64,000 nucleotides of DNA, taken from contig CAWBKB010000001.1 in NCBI GenBank assembly GCA_963789265.1, positions 1,792,001-1,856,000 of the forward strand, given 5' to 3'. A program made the translations under genes and the position numbers. The stretch comes from an uncultured delta proteobacterium (GTDB lineage: Bacteria > Desulfobacterota > Desulfomonilia > Desulfomonilales > Desulfomonilaceae). How positions within the stretch are numbered: position 1 is the first letter of the stretch; the number at the start of each line of letters is the position of its first letter. The notes beneath the pieces are model-generated. The model was not told the origin of the DNA and did no database searches. It saw only the letters and a list, made by a program, of their open reading frames with translations. This document shows positions 62,500 through 64,000 of this stretch, one piece after another.

Positions 62500-64000
62500 A
62501 TGCGTCCGGATTTCGACAAGCTACTCGCCTGGATGAAGGTTGAATCGGCCACTGAGGAAGAGATCGAAGGGATGAAACTTCTGAAGCCGGGAGATCTTGA
62601 GATCTATACGGAAAAGCTGAACCAGTTCCTCTCGGAAGGCTACATCGTCTTCGAAAGGACAGGCATCAGCATGATGATACGTTCAGGGGATTGTGTGGTG
62701 GGGCTGTACACCGTGGAAGGCGACCTGGTCAACTGCTCCACGGGCTTGCTGATGCATGCAATATGGCCTGAACTCCTGTTGAAATGGTTGATCGAGAATT
62801 ATGTGATGAACCCGGAATCGAACGTAAAAGTCAAGGCGGGAGACATTTTCTACTCGAATGAGCCCCTTTACGGAGGCGTGCACTCTCCCGACCAGACCGC
62901 AATCATGCCGATCTTCAATGATGGAGAGCTAATCGGCTGGGCACTGGCCGCAGCACACACACCGGAGACGGGAGCCGTTACGCCCGGAGGGATGCCGCTT
63001 AGGGCGCTCAACCGATTTTACGAAGGCATGCGGCTCCCGCCGGTACGAATCGGTGAGAACTACGAGTTGCGGGATGACATGATGGAGATGATCTCCGATT
63101 ATATGATGAGGACCTCACGGGAGGCGATGAACGATGTAAAGGCAAGGGCCACAGCCTGTCGCCGGCTTGAAATGAGGATGGGCGAGTTCGCTCGTGAGAA
63201 AGGCAATCGGTTTGTCAAGGGACTAATGCGAAAGATGATCGCGGTTGGCGAAGAAGCCGCTCAAAAGCGGATCGCGAGCATTAATGACGGAACCTACAGG
63301 GCCATTACTTTCATCGATCACGTGGGCACAGAGGAGGCACTCTTGAGGTGCAGTGTCACGGCCAGGAAAAAGGGAGACAGCATAGAGTTCGACTTCACGG
63401 GAACGTCTCCCGAACATGATGCGGGCTCCTACCTTGCATTCCCACACATTGCGGTGGCCCATACAGCCATCTATGTCTTGCAGTATATTTTCTACGATCT
63501 TCCCATCGGAACCGCCGCCTATTCTCAGTTCAGGTGGTATTTCCCCAAGGGCTGCATCTTCAACGCCGACGAGATGGCCCCCACTTCCAGGGCACCCTCG
63601 CTCTGTGCCATCGTGTTCAATGCCTTCTACGATCTATTTGCAAAGATGTTGTTCGACACGGATCTGCGCCCGCAGATTGCAGCTGCCACTGGAGTCGGCT
63701 CATCTATGAACATTGCTGGTGTGACTCAAAAGGGTGTGCGTGTTTCGGACATGCTGAACTACCCATTTAACACCGAAGGGCAAGGTGCGCGGTACGAACT
63801 GGACGGCTGCGACAGCAATTCCTTTTTGTTTACACCGGTATCACGCGGGTACGATGCCGAGGAGACGGAAGAAGAAATGCCGCTATTACACCTTTACCAG
63901 AGGCACCGGACCGACAGTTGTGGATTCGGGAAGTACCGCGGAGGATCGGGGGTCGAGTCGGCGTATGTAATCCACCAGGTTCCTGAGGTCGCCATGTTCA
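62500..64000 (+). CDS. Hydantoinase B/oxoprolinase-family subunit (ApcD-like), 3' end outside window
   Basis: AAGGAG RBS; manual translation MRPDFDKLLAWMK...NEPLYGGVHSPD...AHTPETG...DFTGTS...GFGKYRGG. Confidence 0.88.
   Translation, partial: MRPDFDKLLAWMKVESATEEEIEGMKLLKPGDLEIYTEKLNQFLSEGYIVFERTGISMMIRSGDCVVGLYTVEGDLVNCSTGLLMHAIWPELLLKWLIENYVMNPESNVKVKAGDIFYSNEPLYGGVHSPDQTAIMPIFNDGELIGWALAAAHTPETGAVTPGGMPLRALNRFYEGMRLPPVRIGENYELRDDMMEMISDYMMRTSREAMNDVKARATACRRLEMRMGEFAREKGNRFVKGLMRKMIAVGEEAAQKRIASINDGTYRAITFIDHVGTEEALLRCSVTARKKGDSIEFDFTGTSPEHDAGSYLAFPHIAVAHTAIYVLQYIFYDLPIGTAAYSQFRWYFPKGCIFNADEMAPTSRAPSLCAIVFNAFYDLFAKMLFDTDLRPQIAAATGVGSSMNIAGVTQKGVRVSDMLNYPFNTEGQGARYELDGCDSNSFLFTPVSRGYDAEETEEEMPLLHLYQRHRTDSCGFGKYRGGSGVESAYVIHQVPEVAMF

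Overview
Window from a deltaproteobacterial (Desulfomonile-like, by protein style; inference) accessory region with no rRNA, tRNA or CRISPR array. In order: a toxin-antitoxin/KAP-NTPase islet (3.9-7.6 kb); two paralogous TolC-MFP-RND efflux operons, one destroyed by a deletion (8.4-21.3 kb); two PAS hybrid kinases; a uspA-chrA operon divergent from a TunR-like regulator (catalytically dead tyrosine-recombinase fold + TOBE) with a palindromic candidate operator; an ECF sigma/anti-sigma/CpxP-like + MacAB-type unit; a Crp/Fnr-small Cys protein-DUF1638-MTH865 module between 38-bp direct repeats; a TetR-GH13 pair with matching operators; a MerR-liv-acyl-CoA ligase-DUF362 cluster; and a LysR-associated acetophenone-carboxylase-like operon running off the right edge. 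Intergenic DNA is full of nested MITE/REP elements plus a recurrent ~25-bp motif at module boundaries. About nine single-base frameshifts look like assembly errors. All family calls are from motif recognition, not database searches.
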